64,000 nucleotides of DNA from an uncultured Chloroflexia bacterium (GCA_963713975.1 OY970218.1:2112001-2176000), one strand, 5' to 3'; shown: positions 8,773 through 22,028, counted from the stretch's first letter. Notes: a model not told the origin generated them from the letters alone. Numbers and translations: made by a program.

Positions 8773-10973
8773 CGGCCGTCACGGCGCTCCCGGTGCAGGC
8801 CCCCGCGGGCGGCTCGACGATCCTGCGGGTGCGCGGACTGGTCAAGGAGTTCGAGTCGTCAGGCGGACGCAAGGTGCGCGCCGTCGCGGGTGTCGACCTC
8901 GATGTTCACGAGGGCGAGATCCATGCCCTGGTGGGCGAGTCGGGCTCCGGCAAGACGACGCTCGCCCGCTGTGTCGTGGGCCTGCTCAGCGCCACGGAGG
9001 GTGAGATCGCCTGCGACGGCATCGACGTCCGTAGAGCCCGCGGTGCAGAGCTGCGTGCGCTGCGGCCGCGGGTGCAGGTCGTCTTCCAGGACCCGATCGG
9101 GTCGCTCGACCCGCGCATGAGCGTGCGCGACCTGGTTGCCGAGCCCATCAGGGCACACCTCCGTCCCGCCCGGTCCGAGATCGAGCCCGGCGTGGTGGAG
9201 CTCCTCGAGCAGGTCGGCCTCGGACGACAGCACCTGGACCGGCGCCCTCACGAGCTGTCCGGCGGCCAGTGCCAGCGCGTCGCGATCGCCCGGGCCCTCT
9301 CCCTGCGGCCACGCCTGCTCGTCCTCGACGAGCCCACGTCGTCGCTCGACGTCTCCGTGCAGGCGCAGATCCTCAACCTGCTCCTCGACCTCCGGGCGAG
9401 CCACGGGCTGACCTACCTGCTCATCTCCCACGACCTGGGTGTTGTGCGGCACGTGAGCGACCGGATCGCGGTCATGTACCTGGGCCAGATCGTGGAGGAG
9501 GGAACGTCCGAGGAGATCTTCAACACGCCGCGCCACCCGTACACGCGGGCGCTGCTGGCAGCCGTGCCGGACATCGAGGAGGGCGCCACGGCCCCGGGCC
9601 TGATCCGTGGTGATCCGCCGAGCCCGGCCAGCCCGCCGCCCGGTTGCCGGTTCCACCCGCGCTGCTGGCTCCGTGAGCGACTCGGATCGCCCGCGGAGTG
9701 CGAGTCCGTCGAGCCACCGCGCGTCGGGCCGGACCTCGCCCACGAGGCAGCCTGTCACTTCTCCGACCGAGCGGCGATCGAGCCGATCGGCGGGCCCACC
9801 AGCATCGGCGGCGACGTGACACTCGCCAACTGGCATGACGCGCCATGGAACCGGTGGGGCTATCTCCACGCGGCCGAGATCGTCCCCGTCGACCTCATCG
9901 GGCGCGGGTCCGGGCCGGTCACACCCCTGGGTTCGGCCCCGCGCGAGCTCGAGGGGCTCGTCTTCCGGCACCGTGACCGCGACCACACCATCGCGCAGAT
10001 GCTGCGGGCGACCGACAGCGACGGCCTGCTCGTGCTCCACGACGGCGACGTCGCCTTCGAGTGGTACGCGCACGGCATGACAGCCGCGACACCGCACCTG
10101 CTCCAGTCGGTGTCCAAGTCGCTCACGGCGACGCTGGTGGGCGTGCTCGTGGACCGCGGCCGGCTGGATCCGCTCGCGCCCATCACGGAGTACGTCACGG
10201 AGCTCCGCGGGACGAGCTTCGAGGGCTGCACGTCCCAGCATCTGCTGGACATGCGGGCGGGGACGCGGTTCTCGGAGGCCTACGACGATCCCGACGCCGA
10301 CGTCCGGGTCTACGAGCAGGTCTGCGGCTGGCGGCCGCGCACGGACGAAGGGCTCCCGGCAGACCTCTACGCGTACATGCCGCGACTGGCCAACGTCCGG
10401 CCTCATGGCGGCCCCTTCGACTACCGCTCGATCCTTACGGACGTCCTCGGGTGGGTCGCCGAGCGCGCCGCCGGCACGACCTTCGCCCAGGCCTTCTCGC
10501 AGGACGTGTGGTCGCGCCTGGGCGCCGAGCACGATACGAGCGTGACGGTCGACGCGGGTGGCTGCGCGCTCGCCGATGGAGGGTTCTCGGTCACGCTGCG
10601 CGACCTCGGTCGGTTCGGGTGGATGCACATGCAGGACGGTGAGGTCCTCGGACGGCAGGTGATCCCGGCGGCCTGGATCGGTCGGCTGTTGCGCCCGGAC
10701 GCGGAGCTCTCCACGGCCTTCGGCGGTGCGCTCACCGTGGATGGCGTGACGGGCCCGACCACGATGTACCACGACCAGTGGTGGGTGCTGGACCCGGCCG
10801 CCGGCATCTACGTGGCGATCGGGATCCACGGCCAGATGCTCCTCGTCCATCGGCCCACGCGGACGGTCATCGTGAAGCTCGCCACGCAGCCGAAGGCCGT
10901 GGATCGAGCCGTGTTCGCCTACCAGATGGCGGGCTCGCTCGCGATCTGCCGCGACCTGGTCCGCCAGGCCTGA
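8769..10973 (+). CDS. Fusion: peptide ABC ATPase (DppF/OppF-like) + beta-lactamase-fold serine hydrolase of NylB (6-aminohexanoate-dimer hydrolase) type
   Basis: [30 protein letters not shown] then in frame [14 protein letters not shown], SxxK (SVSK), FDYRS, GIHGQ; no stop between domains. Confidence 0.88.
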   Translation: MTAVTALPVQAPAGGSTILRVRGLVKEFESSGGRKVRAVAGVDLDVHEGEIHALVGESGSGKTTLARCVVGLLSATEGEIACDGIDVRRARGAELRALRPRVQVVFQDPIGSLDPRMSVRDLVAEPIRAHLRPARSEIEPGVVELLEQVGLGRQHLDRRPHELSGGQCQRVAIARALSLRPRLLVLDEPTSSLDVSVQAQILNLLLDLRASHGLTYLLISHDLGVVRHVSDRIAVMYLGQIVEEGTSEEIFNTPRHPYTRALLAAVPDIEEGATAPGLIRGDPPSPASPPPGCRFHPRCWLRERLGSPAECESVEPPRVGPDLAHEAACHFSDRAAIEPIGGPTSIGGDVTLANWHDAPWNRWGYLHAAEIVPVDLIGRGSGPVTPLGSAPRELEGLVFRHRDRDHTIAQMLRATDSDGLLVLHDGDVAFEWYAHGMTAATPHLLQSVSKSLTATLVGVLVDRGRLDPLAPITEYVTELRGTSFEGCTSQHLLDMRAGTRFSEAYDDPDADVRVYEQVCGWRPRTDEGLPADLYAYMPRLANVRPHGGPFDYRSILTDVLGWVAERAAGTTFAQAFSQDVWSRLGAEHDTSVTVDAGGCALADGGFSVTLRDLGRFGWMHMQDGEVLGRQVIPAAWIGRLLRPDAELSTAFGGALTVDGVTGPTTMYHDQWWVLDPAAGIYVAIGIHGQMLLVHRPTRTVIVKLATQPKAVDRAVFAYQMAGSLAICRDLVRQA

Positions 10974-11069
10974 TCGGCGGGGTGGGGGAGCCCGCCACTC
11001 CTGGGGGCGCCGCGAGGAGACCGCCGACCACGCGCGCAGCCACGCCGATCGACAGTCAGGAAGGGGGAG

Positions 11070-11145
11070 TGGAGCGGGAGACGGGGTTCGAACCCGCGAC
11101 ATTCAGCTTGGGAAGCTGACACTCTGCCAACTGAGTTACTCCCGC
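11070..11145 (-). tRNA. tRNA-Gly (anticodon CCC), CCA encoded
   Basis: Reverse complement GCGGGAG-TA-ACTCAGTTGGCAGAGT-G-TCAGC-TTCCCAA-GCTGA-ATGTC-GCGGG-TTCGAAC-CCCGT-CTCCCGC-T-CCA folds as a cloverleaf. Confidence 0.97.
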
Positions 11146-11158
11146 TCGGGAGGCCCGT

Positions 11159-11187
11159 ATTCTAGCGACTGGCCAGCCCGGCGACAA
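11159..11187 (-). promoter_or_regulatory. Sigma70-type promoter of tRNA-Gly
   Basis: Minus strand TTGTCG-17 bp-TAGAAT, 13 nt upstream of mature tRNA. Confidence 0.75.
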
Positions 11188-11678
11188 TTGAGACCGAGTC
11201 GCCAGCGATAGAGCGGCGGTCATCCGGGCTCCGACCTGGATCGGCCGGCGGTGCCCGCGCCCATTCCGGGTAGTGCAGACGCACTCGCAGAGCCCCGGTT
11301 TCGTTATCGTTGCCATGAGCAGGCCCGATGTCGAACGGAAGCCTTCCGACCGGGTCCGACCATCCAATCGGCCCATGGGCAGTGGCCGGTTGGGTCATGT
11401 GCCGGCGTCGGATGAGCACCTAGGATCGGGCGAAGCCCGACCCGGGCGGGGGACCGCCGTTCAGCCGAAGGTACCGCTGAACCGTGAAACCTTTTCAGCG
11501 CCGAGCGACACAGAGGATCAGGCGGCACCGGGGCTCCGGGAGCGTCCCCGATGGAGACCGGGCCGTCGGCACGCCCTTGATGCGAGGCGCCCCCGATGTC
11601 GTGTAAGCGCAGTGGGCCGAGACCCAGCCCGCGCGTGAGCACGCCCACGAACCGGCTGAAGACCGGCGTCGTGGGCGC

Positions 11679-12074
11679 ATGATCGGCATCCGAGGGGCGT
11701 GGAGGCAGTCGCAGCCCGACGACGAGGGGCGCGGCGACCTGCCCCGCGGCGACCCGCCCCGTGGCGACCCGCCCCGTGGCGAGGAGCCCGCCGGCACGCC
11801 CGTCGCCACCCTCCTCGCACGAGACGTCCTCAAGCGTCGTGCGATGGTCTCCGCCCGCGTGGTCGCCGACCAGGTCCGCTGCGTCGAGTGCGGGACCTGC
11901 ACGTACAACTGCCCGCTGGGCGTCGACGTCCGTGAGCAGGTCCGTCTTGGCCTGCCGATCTCGGACAGTCGTTGCCTGACCTGCGGCGAGTGCGTGGCCC
12001 GCTGCCCGCGCGGCGTCCTGCACTTCGAGGAGTCAACGGTGTTCACGACCGTCCTCCGGGGCGAGGGGGCCTGA
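11679..12074 (+). CDS. 2x[4Fe-4S] ferredoxin-like protein
   Basis: CVECGTCTYNCP and CLTCGECVARCP; start uncertain, N-terminus low complexity. Confidence 0.85.
   Translation: MIGIRGAWRQSQPDDEGRGDLPRGDPPRGDPPRGEEPAGTPVATLLARDVLKRRAMVSARVVADQVRCVECGTCTYNCPLGVDVREQVRLGLPISDSRCLTCGECVARCPRGVLHFEESTVFTTVLRGEGA
11730..11782 (+). repeat. 15-bp tandem repeat, about 3.5 units (RGDPP peptide)
   Basis: CGCGGCGACCTGCCC / CGCGGCGACCCGCCC / CGTGGCGACCCGCCC / CGTGGCGA. Confidence 0.9.
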
Positions 12075-12075
12075 C

Positions 12076-13392
12076 ATGCCCACCCGCTACGTCATCGTGG
12101 GCAACGGGGCGGCCGGCGCGACGGCGGCCGAGACGATCCGCACGCACGACCCCGCCGGTGACATCCAGATCATCGGTGCGGAATCCGTCCCGTTCTACTC
12201 CCGTCCCGGGCTGGCCTATCTCCTGACCGGCCAGATCCCGGAGGACCAGCTGTTCTCGCGGCCGGACAAGGACCTCCGCGCCGCCGGCATCGGGCGGACC
12301 GTGGCCACCGTGCAGCGCGTGGACCCGCGGGCGCACCGGCTCGAGCTAGGCGGCGGCAGGGTGCTGCGCTACGACCGCCTGTTGCTCGGCGTCGGGGCCG
12401 CGGCGGTGCGCCCCGACCTCCCGGGCATCGACCTCCCGGGCGTGGTGACCCTCGCGAGCCTCGAGGATGCGCGCCTGATCCTGAAGCTGGCGAAGCGGGC
12501 GAAGCGAGCCTGCGTGGTCGGCGGCGGGATCACGGCGATCGAGGTGGCGGAGGGGCTGGCCGCGAACGGCGTGACGGTGACCTACCTGATGCGAGGCGAC
12601 CGCTACTGGGCGAGCGTCCTGGACCCGCACGAATCCGCCCTGGTCGAGGGGCGCCTCGCGCATGACGGGATCCTGATCCGCCGCAACACCGGGCTGGGCC
12701 GCGTCATCGGGAACCGGGACCGGGTGGCGGCGATCGAGACGACCGAGGGCGGACGGATCGAGTGCGACCTGCTGGCGGTGGCGGTTGGCGTGCAGCCGAG
12801 GCTGGGGCTCGCGGCGGAGGCCGGGCTCGAGACGGGACGCGGGATCTTCACCGACGAGTCGCTTGCCACGAGCGAGCCCGACATCTACGCGGCGGGTGAC
12901 GCGGCGGAGGTGCTGGATCCCACCACGGGACGTCGCGCGATGGACAGCCTGTGGTCGGTTGCCCTCGCCCACGGCCGGATCGCCGGGGCGAACATGGCGG
13001 GAGGCTCAGACAGCTACGGCCGCCCGGCGCCGTTCAACGTGACGAGGATCGGCGGGGTGACCGCCACGCTCATCGGAGCCGTGGGCGCAGGGGGCCGCGA
13101 TGGGGACCTGGTCGCGCTCGCACGCGGCGACAGCCAGGCGTGGCGCGAGCAGCTCGGCGGATTCACGGTGGCGCAGGACCGCGGCGCGGACCGCCTCCGG
13201 CTCGTGGTGGGCGAGGACCGGATCCTCGGCGCCCTGGTGATGGGCGACCAGTCCCTGTCCCGCCCGCTTCTCCACCTGGTCCGCCGCCGGGTCGACATCC
13301 GCGCAGTCCGCGACCGGCTCCTGCTGGGGTCGGCGGAGATGCGTGCCGCCGTCGTGCAGTTGATGGAACGGACGGCGGTGCATGCGGCATAG
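12076..13392 (+). CDS. FAD-dependent NAD(P)H oxidoreductase (NirB-N/rubredoxin-ferredoxin reductase family)
   Basis: GNGAAG FAD loop, YSRP, GGGITAIEVAE NAD loop, IYAAGD. Confidence 0.9.
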   Translation: MPTRYVIVGNGAAGATAAETIRTHDPAGDIQIIGAESVPFYSRPGLAYLLTGQIPEDQLFSRPDKDLRAAGIGRTVATVQRVDPRAHRLELGGGRVLRYDRLLLGVGAAAVRPDLPGIDLPGVVTLASLEDARLILKLAKRAKRACVVGGGITAIEVAEGLAANGVTVTYLMRGDRYWASVLDPHESALVEGRLAHDGILIRRNTGLGRVIGNRDRVAAIETTEGGRIECDLLAVAVGVQPRLGLAAEAGLETGRGIFTDESLATSEPDIYAAGDAAEVLDPTTGRRAMDSLWSVALAHGRIAGANMAGGSDSYGRPAPFNVTRIGGVTATLIGAVGAGGRDGDLVALARGDSQAWREQLGGFTVAQDRGADRLRLVVGEDRILGALVMGDQSLSRPLLHLVRRRVDIRAVRDRLLLGSAEMRAAVVQLMERTAVHAA

Positions 13393-14026
13393 CGAATTGC
13401 TGATCGCGGCCGCCCTGATCGTCGTGCTCACGACGGCGTACTGGGTGTTCGTGTCGGCGGCGGGCATACCCGCGGCAGGAGGCTTGGTCGGCCACCTGAT
13501 GGGCGTGGTCGGCTTCACGATGATGCTCCTGACCGAGACCCTGTACTCGCTGCGTAAGCGGGCGATGCGCCGGCCGCGGGGCAGCATGCGCTCGTGGCTC
13601 CAGGCCCATATCGTGATGGGGATCGTCGGCCCGTACCTCGTCCTGCTGCACGCGGCCTGGACGTTCAACGGCCTCGCCGGGGCGCTGACCCTGATGACCG
13701 CGCTGGTGGTCGCGTCGGGATTTATCGGCCGGTACATCTATACGGCCGTTCCCAGGACGGCGGACGGCGTGATCGTCGAGGCGCATGAGCTCGGTTCGCA
13801 GCTGGCGGCCCTGCGGGCACGTGGCGCAACGGCGGCCGCCGGCCACGACCAGCGGGCGATCGAGCACCGCATCCACCACCTGGAGCGGCAGATTGGCGCG
13901 CTCCGCTGGGAGCGGCGGGTGCTCGCCACCTGGCACTCGATCCACATCCCTCTGGGCATGGCGATGTTCGTGGTCGCGTTCGTGCACATCGGTGCGGCCC
14001 TGTACTACGCCACGTTGCTGCGCTGA
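13382..14026 (+). CDS. Integral membrane protein, probable cytochrome b subunit
   Basis: About five hydrophobic helices with intramembrane His pairs (WLQAHI...LVLLHA; WHSIHIP...AFVHI) and LYSLRKR motif. Confidence 0.7.
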   Translation: MRHSELLIAAALIVVLTTAYWVFVSAAGIPAAGGLVGHLMGVVGFTMMLLTETLYSLRKRAMRRPRGSMRSWLQAHIVMGIVGPYLVLLHAAWTFNGLAGALTLMTALVVASGFIGRYIYTAVPRTADGVIVEAHELGSQLAALRARGATAAAGHDQRAIEHRIHHLERQIGALRWERRVLATWHSIHIPLGMAMFVVAFVHIGAALYYATLLR

Positions 14027-14038
14027 GGGAGGGGAGCG

Positions 14039-16066
14039 ATGCGCCGGCCGCTGGGCTGCATGACCTTCTCGGCGTTGCTCGCCGCCATCGTGACGTTGCT
14101 GGCGATCGCGGCCGCGCTGATGGTGAACGGCGGCTCGATGTTCAGCCCGGGCGACCTTGCCGCCACATCGCAGGGCGCCGGAACGCTGGTTGCCGCGCAC
14201 GGCGGGGTCTCCTCGCACGCAGAAATCGAGGGCCGCTGCGAGGCATGCCATGTCGCCGTCTGGTCCGGGCAGACGATGGGCGACCGCTGCCTGGCCTGCC
14301 ACACGGACGTCGGCCAGCAGGCTGCCACCCGTACCGGTCTGCACGGACGGCTCGACGCGAGCGCGGCAACCTGCCTGCGTTGCCACACCGAGCACAACGG
14401 GGCGACAGCATCCACCACCCTCGCCGACCCGGCCGTCTTCCCGCACGACGAGACGCCCTTCGCCCTGACCGCCCACCAGCAGCCGGCCGTCGCCACCACA
14501 CTGGGTTGCCGCGCGTGCCACCCGGCGTCGCCAAGGACCTATACCGCACCCACCTGCATCGGCTGCCACCAGCAGCTGGACAACGCCGCGATGACGACGC
14601 ACGTGGACACCTACGGCCAGGCCTGTTTGAACTGCCATGACGGCAAGGAAACCTACGGCCGGTCGTTCAAGCACACGGCGTACCCGCTGGCCGGGAAGCA
14701 CGAGGGGACGGGCTGCGCGTCCTGCCACCAGGGCTCGACCACGATCGCCGCCCTCCGTTCGACGTCCACGGTGTGCTCCACGTGTCACCAGCAGGACGAC
14801 ATCCACCAGGGCCGCCTCGGCGAACAGTGTGGCTCGTGCCACACCCCCGCGGGCTGGGAGGGGGCGACCCTGGACCACAACGTCCAGACCAGGTTCGCGC
14901 TCACCGGCAAGCACGCTGGCGCGACCTGCGAGTCGTGTCACACGGGCCGCCGGTGGACGGGCATCGGCACCACGTGCGCCGCCTGCCACGCGAAGGACGA
15001 CCCGCACAAGGGACAGTTCAAGGGCGATTGCGCAAGCTGCCACGCTGCCAGTGGCTGGACGGACGTGACGTTCGACCACTCCACCACCTCGTTCCAGCTC
15101 GCCAGTGCCCACGCCACCGTTGCCTGCAGTTCGTGCCACAAGGACGACACGTTCGCGGGCACGTCCACCACATGCGTCTCCTGCCACGCGCCGAAGGACA
15201 CGCACGACGGTGCGCTCGGCCGGAACTGTGAGGCATGCCACAAGGCGACCACCTGGTCGGATGCGTCGTTCAACCACGCCACCACGGCGTTCAAGCTGAC
15301 TGGCGCCCACGCCGGCGCCACCTGCGGGCAGTGCCACACGAGCGGCCCACCGTCGTCGACCTCTACGGCCTGTGCCTCGTGCCACGGTCGCCCGGCCTCG
15401 CACGACAGCCACTTCGGCGGCAGCTGCGGATCGTGCCATACCTCCAAGGCGTGGAGGCCGGCTGCGTTCGACCACGCGAGGACGACCTACAAGCTGACTG
15501 GCATGCACCTGAGCGCGACCTGCCAGAAGTGCCACAAGTCACCGTCGACGTTCGCGGGCGCCCCCACCTCGTGCGCGGCCTGCCACACGAAGCCGGCCTC
15601 ACACACCGCGGCCTTCGGCTCCAGCTGCTCTACCTGCCACTCCACGAAGCGATGGCAGCCGGCCACGTTCGACCACGCCCGGACCGACTTCAAGCTCACC
15701 GGCGCGCACATCGGCATCTCGTGCGCGAAGTGCCACAAGGGGTCGAAGTTCACGGGGCTGCCGACGACGTGCGTAAGCTGCCACGCGAAGCCCGGATCGC
15801 ACCCGAGCTCCTACAGCACCACGTGCACGCAGTGCCACACGACGAAGGCATGGCTGCCGATCGCATACACCGGGCCACACACGTTCCCGATGACCCACCA
15901 CGGGGCCGACGGGAAGTGCGCGACCTGCCACACGTCGACGCTCGCGTCGTACACCTGCAGCAAGTGCCACTCGAACTCGTCGATGACCTCGCACCACAAG
16001 GAGGTCTCCGGGTTCTCGCTGACGACCTGCGCGAAGTGCCACCCGAAGGGCAAGAGCGGCGACTAG
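14039..16066 (+). CDS. Exported/membrane-anchored 27-heme c-type cytochrome built of triheme repeats
   Basis: N-terminal hydrophobic segment; 27 CxxCH motifs counted; repeat FDH-x4-F-x-L-x-G-x-H-x4-CxxCH-x11-CxxCH-x5-H-x7-CxxCH. Confidence 0.95.
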   Translation: MRRPLGCMTFSALLAAIVTLLAIAAALMVNGGSMFSPGDLAATSQGAGTLVAAHGGVSSHAEIEGRCEACHVAVWSGQTMGDRCLACHTDVGQQAATRTGLHGRLDASAATCLRCHTEHNGATASTTLADPAVFPHDETPFALTAHQQPAVATTLGCRACHPASPRTYTAPTCIGCHQQLDNAAMTTHVDTYGQACLNCHDGKETYGRSFKHTAYPLAGKHEGTGCASCHQGSTTIAALRSTSTVCSTCHQQDDIHQGRLGEQCGSCHTPAGWEGATLDHNVQTRFALTGKHAGATCESCHTGRRWTGIGTTCAACHAKDDPHKGQFKGDCASCHAASGWTDVTFDHSTTSFQLASAHATVACSSCHKDDTFAGTSTTCVSCHAPKDTHDGALGRNCEACHKATTWSDASFNHATTAFKLTGAHAGATCGQCHTSGPPSSTSTACASCHGRPASHDSHFGGSCGSCHTSKAWRPAAFDHARTTYKLTGMHLSATCQKCHKSPSTFAGAPTSCAACHTKPASHTAAFGSSCSTCHSTKRWQPATFDHARTDFKLTGAHIGISCAKCHKGSKFTGLPTTCVSCHAKPGSHPSSYSTTCTQCHTTKAWLPIAYTGPHTFPMTHHGADGKCATCHTSTLASYTCSKCHSNSSMTSHHKEVSGFSLTTCAKCHPKGKSGD

Positions 16067-16073
16067 AGACCGG

Positions 16074-19929
<3,856 letters not shown>

Positions 19930-19992
19930 CCTGCGATCTCCTCCGTCCGGGACCCGTGGGCCCGCTTCCTGCTCAGGGCCACTCGGCCGAAC

Positions 19993-21072
19993 CTACTTGT
20001 CCACTCCCGTGACCACGACGCCCCGCATGAACGCCCGCTGGGCGAGGAAGAAGATCACCACCGGCACGATCATGGCCAGCACCGCCGAGGCCTGGATCAG
20101 CGTCGGCTGGCTCGCATACAGCGCGTTGTACTGCTGGATCCCGATTGACAGCGGCTGCAGCTCCGGCTTGTTGGCCAGGTACAGCAACGGGACGAAGAAG
20201 TCGTTCCAGGCCCAGAAGAAGTGGAACAGGGTGACGGCCGTGATCGCGGGGATGGACTGGGGGATGATGATGCTGCGCAGGATCCTGAACGGGCCTGCCC
20301 CGTCGATCATCGCCGACTCGTCCATCTCGCGCGGGATCGTCATGAAGTACTGGCGCAGCAGGAACACGTTGAAGGCGTTGGCGAAGAAGTGGGGGACGAT
20401 CAGCGGCAGCCACGTCCCGTTCCAGCCGAGCCACGAGAAGATCACATAGGTCGGCAGGAGGGTGACCTGGTTGGGCAGGATGATGGTGCCCAGCAGGATG
20501 AAGAAGAACAGGTTGCGTCCCGGGAAGCGGAACCGCGCGAACCCGTAGGCCACGAGGATCGACGACAGGACCGCCCCGATCGTGCTGAACAGCGCGATCC
20601 CGAACGTGTTGGTCAGGAGCCTCGGGAAGTTCAGCTGGTTCCAGACCGTCGTGTAGTTCTCCGCCAGGGGCGAGAACGTCCAAGACTGCTCGAGCGTCCG
20701 CCAGCGCCCCTCCCACTCGATCCTGGTTGCGCTCGGATCGGAGGGGTCCACGAAGTCGCTCGACTCCCGGCCCGGCTCGACGAGCATCAGCTCGCGCGCG
20801 GCGCCGTCGATCGTGACCGTGTAGATCGGGTACTCCTCGCCCTCGAAGGTCCCGGTGTTCGGCTTGGCGGGCCACAGCGGCGCCCCGGGCGTCGCGATCT
20901 GGGACGGCTGCTGGAACGAGGTGGTGACCATGTACAGCAGCGGGGACAGGAAGGCACTGACGATGATCACGGCGAACATCGTGAGCATTGCCTTGCCCAG
21001 GTACCGCCGGTAGGTTCGCGCGACCGGGGAGCGGTCGGACCATCGGAGCTCCGGCCGCGACGTCTGCGTCAT
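19993..21072 (-). CDS. Carbohydrate ABC permease (MalG-like)
   Basis: FLLRQYFMTIPREMDESAMIDGAG EAA-loop, WNDFF. Confidence 0.93.
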   Translation of the reverse strand: MTQTSRPELRWSDRSPVARTYRRYLGKAMLTMFAVIIVSAFLSPLLYMVTTSFQQPSQIATPGAPLWPAKPNTGTFEGEEYPIYTVTIDGAARELMLVEPGRESSDFVDPSDPSATRIEWEGRWRTLEQSWTFSPLAENYTTVWNQLNFPRLLTNTFGIALFSTIGAVLSSILVAYGFARFRFPGRNLFFFILLGTIILPNQVTLLPTYVIFSWLGWNGTWLPLIVPHFFANAFNVFLLRQYFMTIPREMDESAMIDGAGPFRILRSIIIPQSIPAITAVTLFHFFWAWNDFFVPLLYLANKPELQPLSIGIQQYNALYASQPTLIQASAVLAMIVPVVIFFLAQRAFMRGVVVTGVDK

Positions 21073-22028
21073 CGCTCGCCGCCGGCGTAGTAGACGCGCT
21101 TGCGGGAGACGGCGAACAGGGCGACCGTGAGGACCAGGACGATCGCGAACAGGAGCCAGGCGATCGCGGCGCCGTAGCCCATCCGGCTGAACACGAACGC
21201 CTCGCGGAACAGCTCGAGGTTGATGAACAGCGTCGCGTTATTGGGATCACCCCGCCCGTTGGTCAGGGTGTAGGCCTGGGTGAAGTACTGGAACGTCGCG
21301 ATGAGCGTGATCACGAGGTCGTACAACAAGACCGGGGAGATCAGCGGGATCGTGATCCGCCGCAGCTGGGTCCACCAGCCGGCGCCATCGATCCTCGCCG
21401 CCTCGTACAGCTCGGTGGGCACGGACTGCAGGCCGGCGATGTTGATGATCATGAAGTTGCCGACGGCCCACAGACCCATCAGCGTCAGCGCCGGATAGAC
21501 CCAGACCTCGCTCTGGAACCAGTCTGGCCCGGCGAGGCCGATGGTCTCGAGGGCCCGGTTCAACCATCCCGTCTCGGTGTTCAGGAAGCCGGTCCAGACC
21601 ATCGTGCTGGCCACCAGCGGGATCATCATCGGCATGTAGACGAGGGTTCGCAGCGCCCCCTTGCCCGACAGCTTCGGGTGGTTCATGAGGAGGGCGAAGC
21701 CCAGGCTCGCGATCATCGTGGCGGGGATGACGATCAACGCGAACTTGAAGGTCGAGACGAGGGCCTGCCCCACCAGGGGGTCCTTGGTCATCCGGACGTA
21801 GTTGTCCAGGCCGATGAACCGCGTCTGGTCCACGTGGAGCAGGTCGAAGTTCGTCATGGACATCACGAGGGACGCGATGATCGGCCCGGCGGTGAACAGG
21901 GCCAGGCCCAGCAGCCAGGGGCCGATGAAGATGTAGCCCCAGATCGCCTCGCGGGTCGATGGCCGGAGGACCCGATGCGAGCGGCGGGGCGCAGGCGTCG
22001 CGGGCAGCGCCTGGGGCGTATCGGTCAT
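21069..22028 (-). CDS. Carbohydrate ABC permease (MalF-like)
   Basis: FIGLDNY, ELYEAARIDGAG, MGYGAAIAW. Confidence 0.93.
   Translation of the reverse strand: MTDTPQALPATPAPRRSHRVLRPSTREAIWGYIFIGPWLLGLALFTAGPIIASLVMSMTNFDLLHVDQTRFIGLDNYVRMTKDPLVGQALVSTFKFALIVIPATMIASLGFALLMNHPKLSGKGALRTLVYMPMMIPLVASTMVWTGFLNTETGWLNRALETIGLAGPDWFQSEVWVYPALTLMGLWAVGNFMIINIAGLQSVPTELYEAARIDGAGWWTQLRRITIPLISPVLLYDLVITLIATFQYFTQAYTLTNGRGDPNNATLFINLELFREAFVFSRMGYGAAIAWLLFAIVLVLTVALFAVSRKRVYYAGGER

Noticed and set aside
1-11145. Genomic island integrated at tRNA-Gly (3' end faces the ABC operon and TA cluster)
   Set aside because: No integrase and no duplicate of the tRNA 3' end found by eye within the window; cannot be excluded beyond the left edge
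11316-11360. NiCo, glycine or c-di-AMP riboswitch match (TGAGCAGGC and GCTGAA words)
   Set aside because: Remaining conserved elements of those aptamers are absent
11273-11638. 121-aa ORF in the structured intergenic region
   Set aside because: No recognisable motif, low-complexity composition; RNA structure seems the better explanation, though not excluded
13163-15535. Long antisense or alternate-frame ORFs (13163-15535-, 8859-11102-, 17389-20148+, 40448-43318+, 41976-44507-, 53682-56285+ and many shorter)
   Set aside because: Shadow frames of well-supported genes; expected in GC-rich DNA; Arg/Gly/Pro-rich with no motifs
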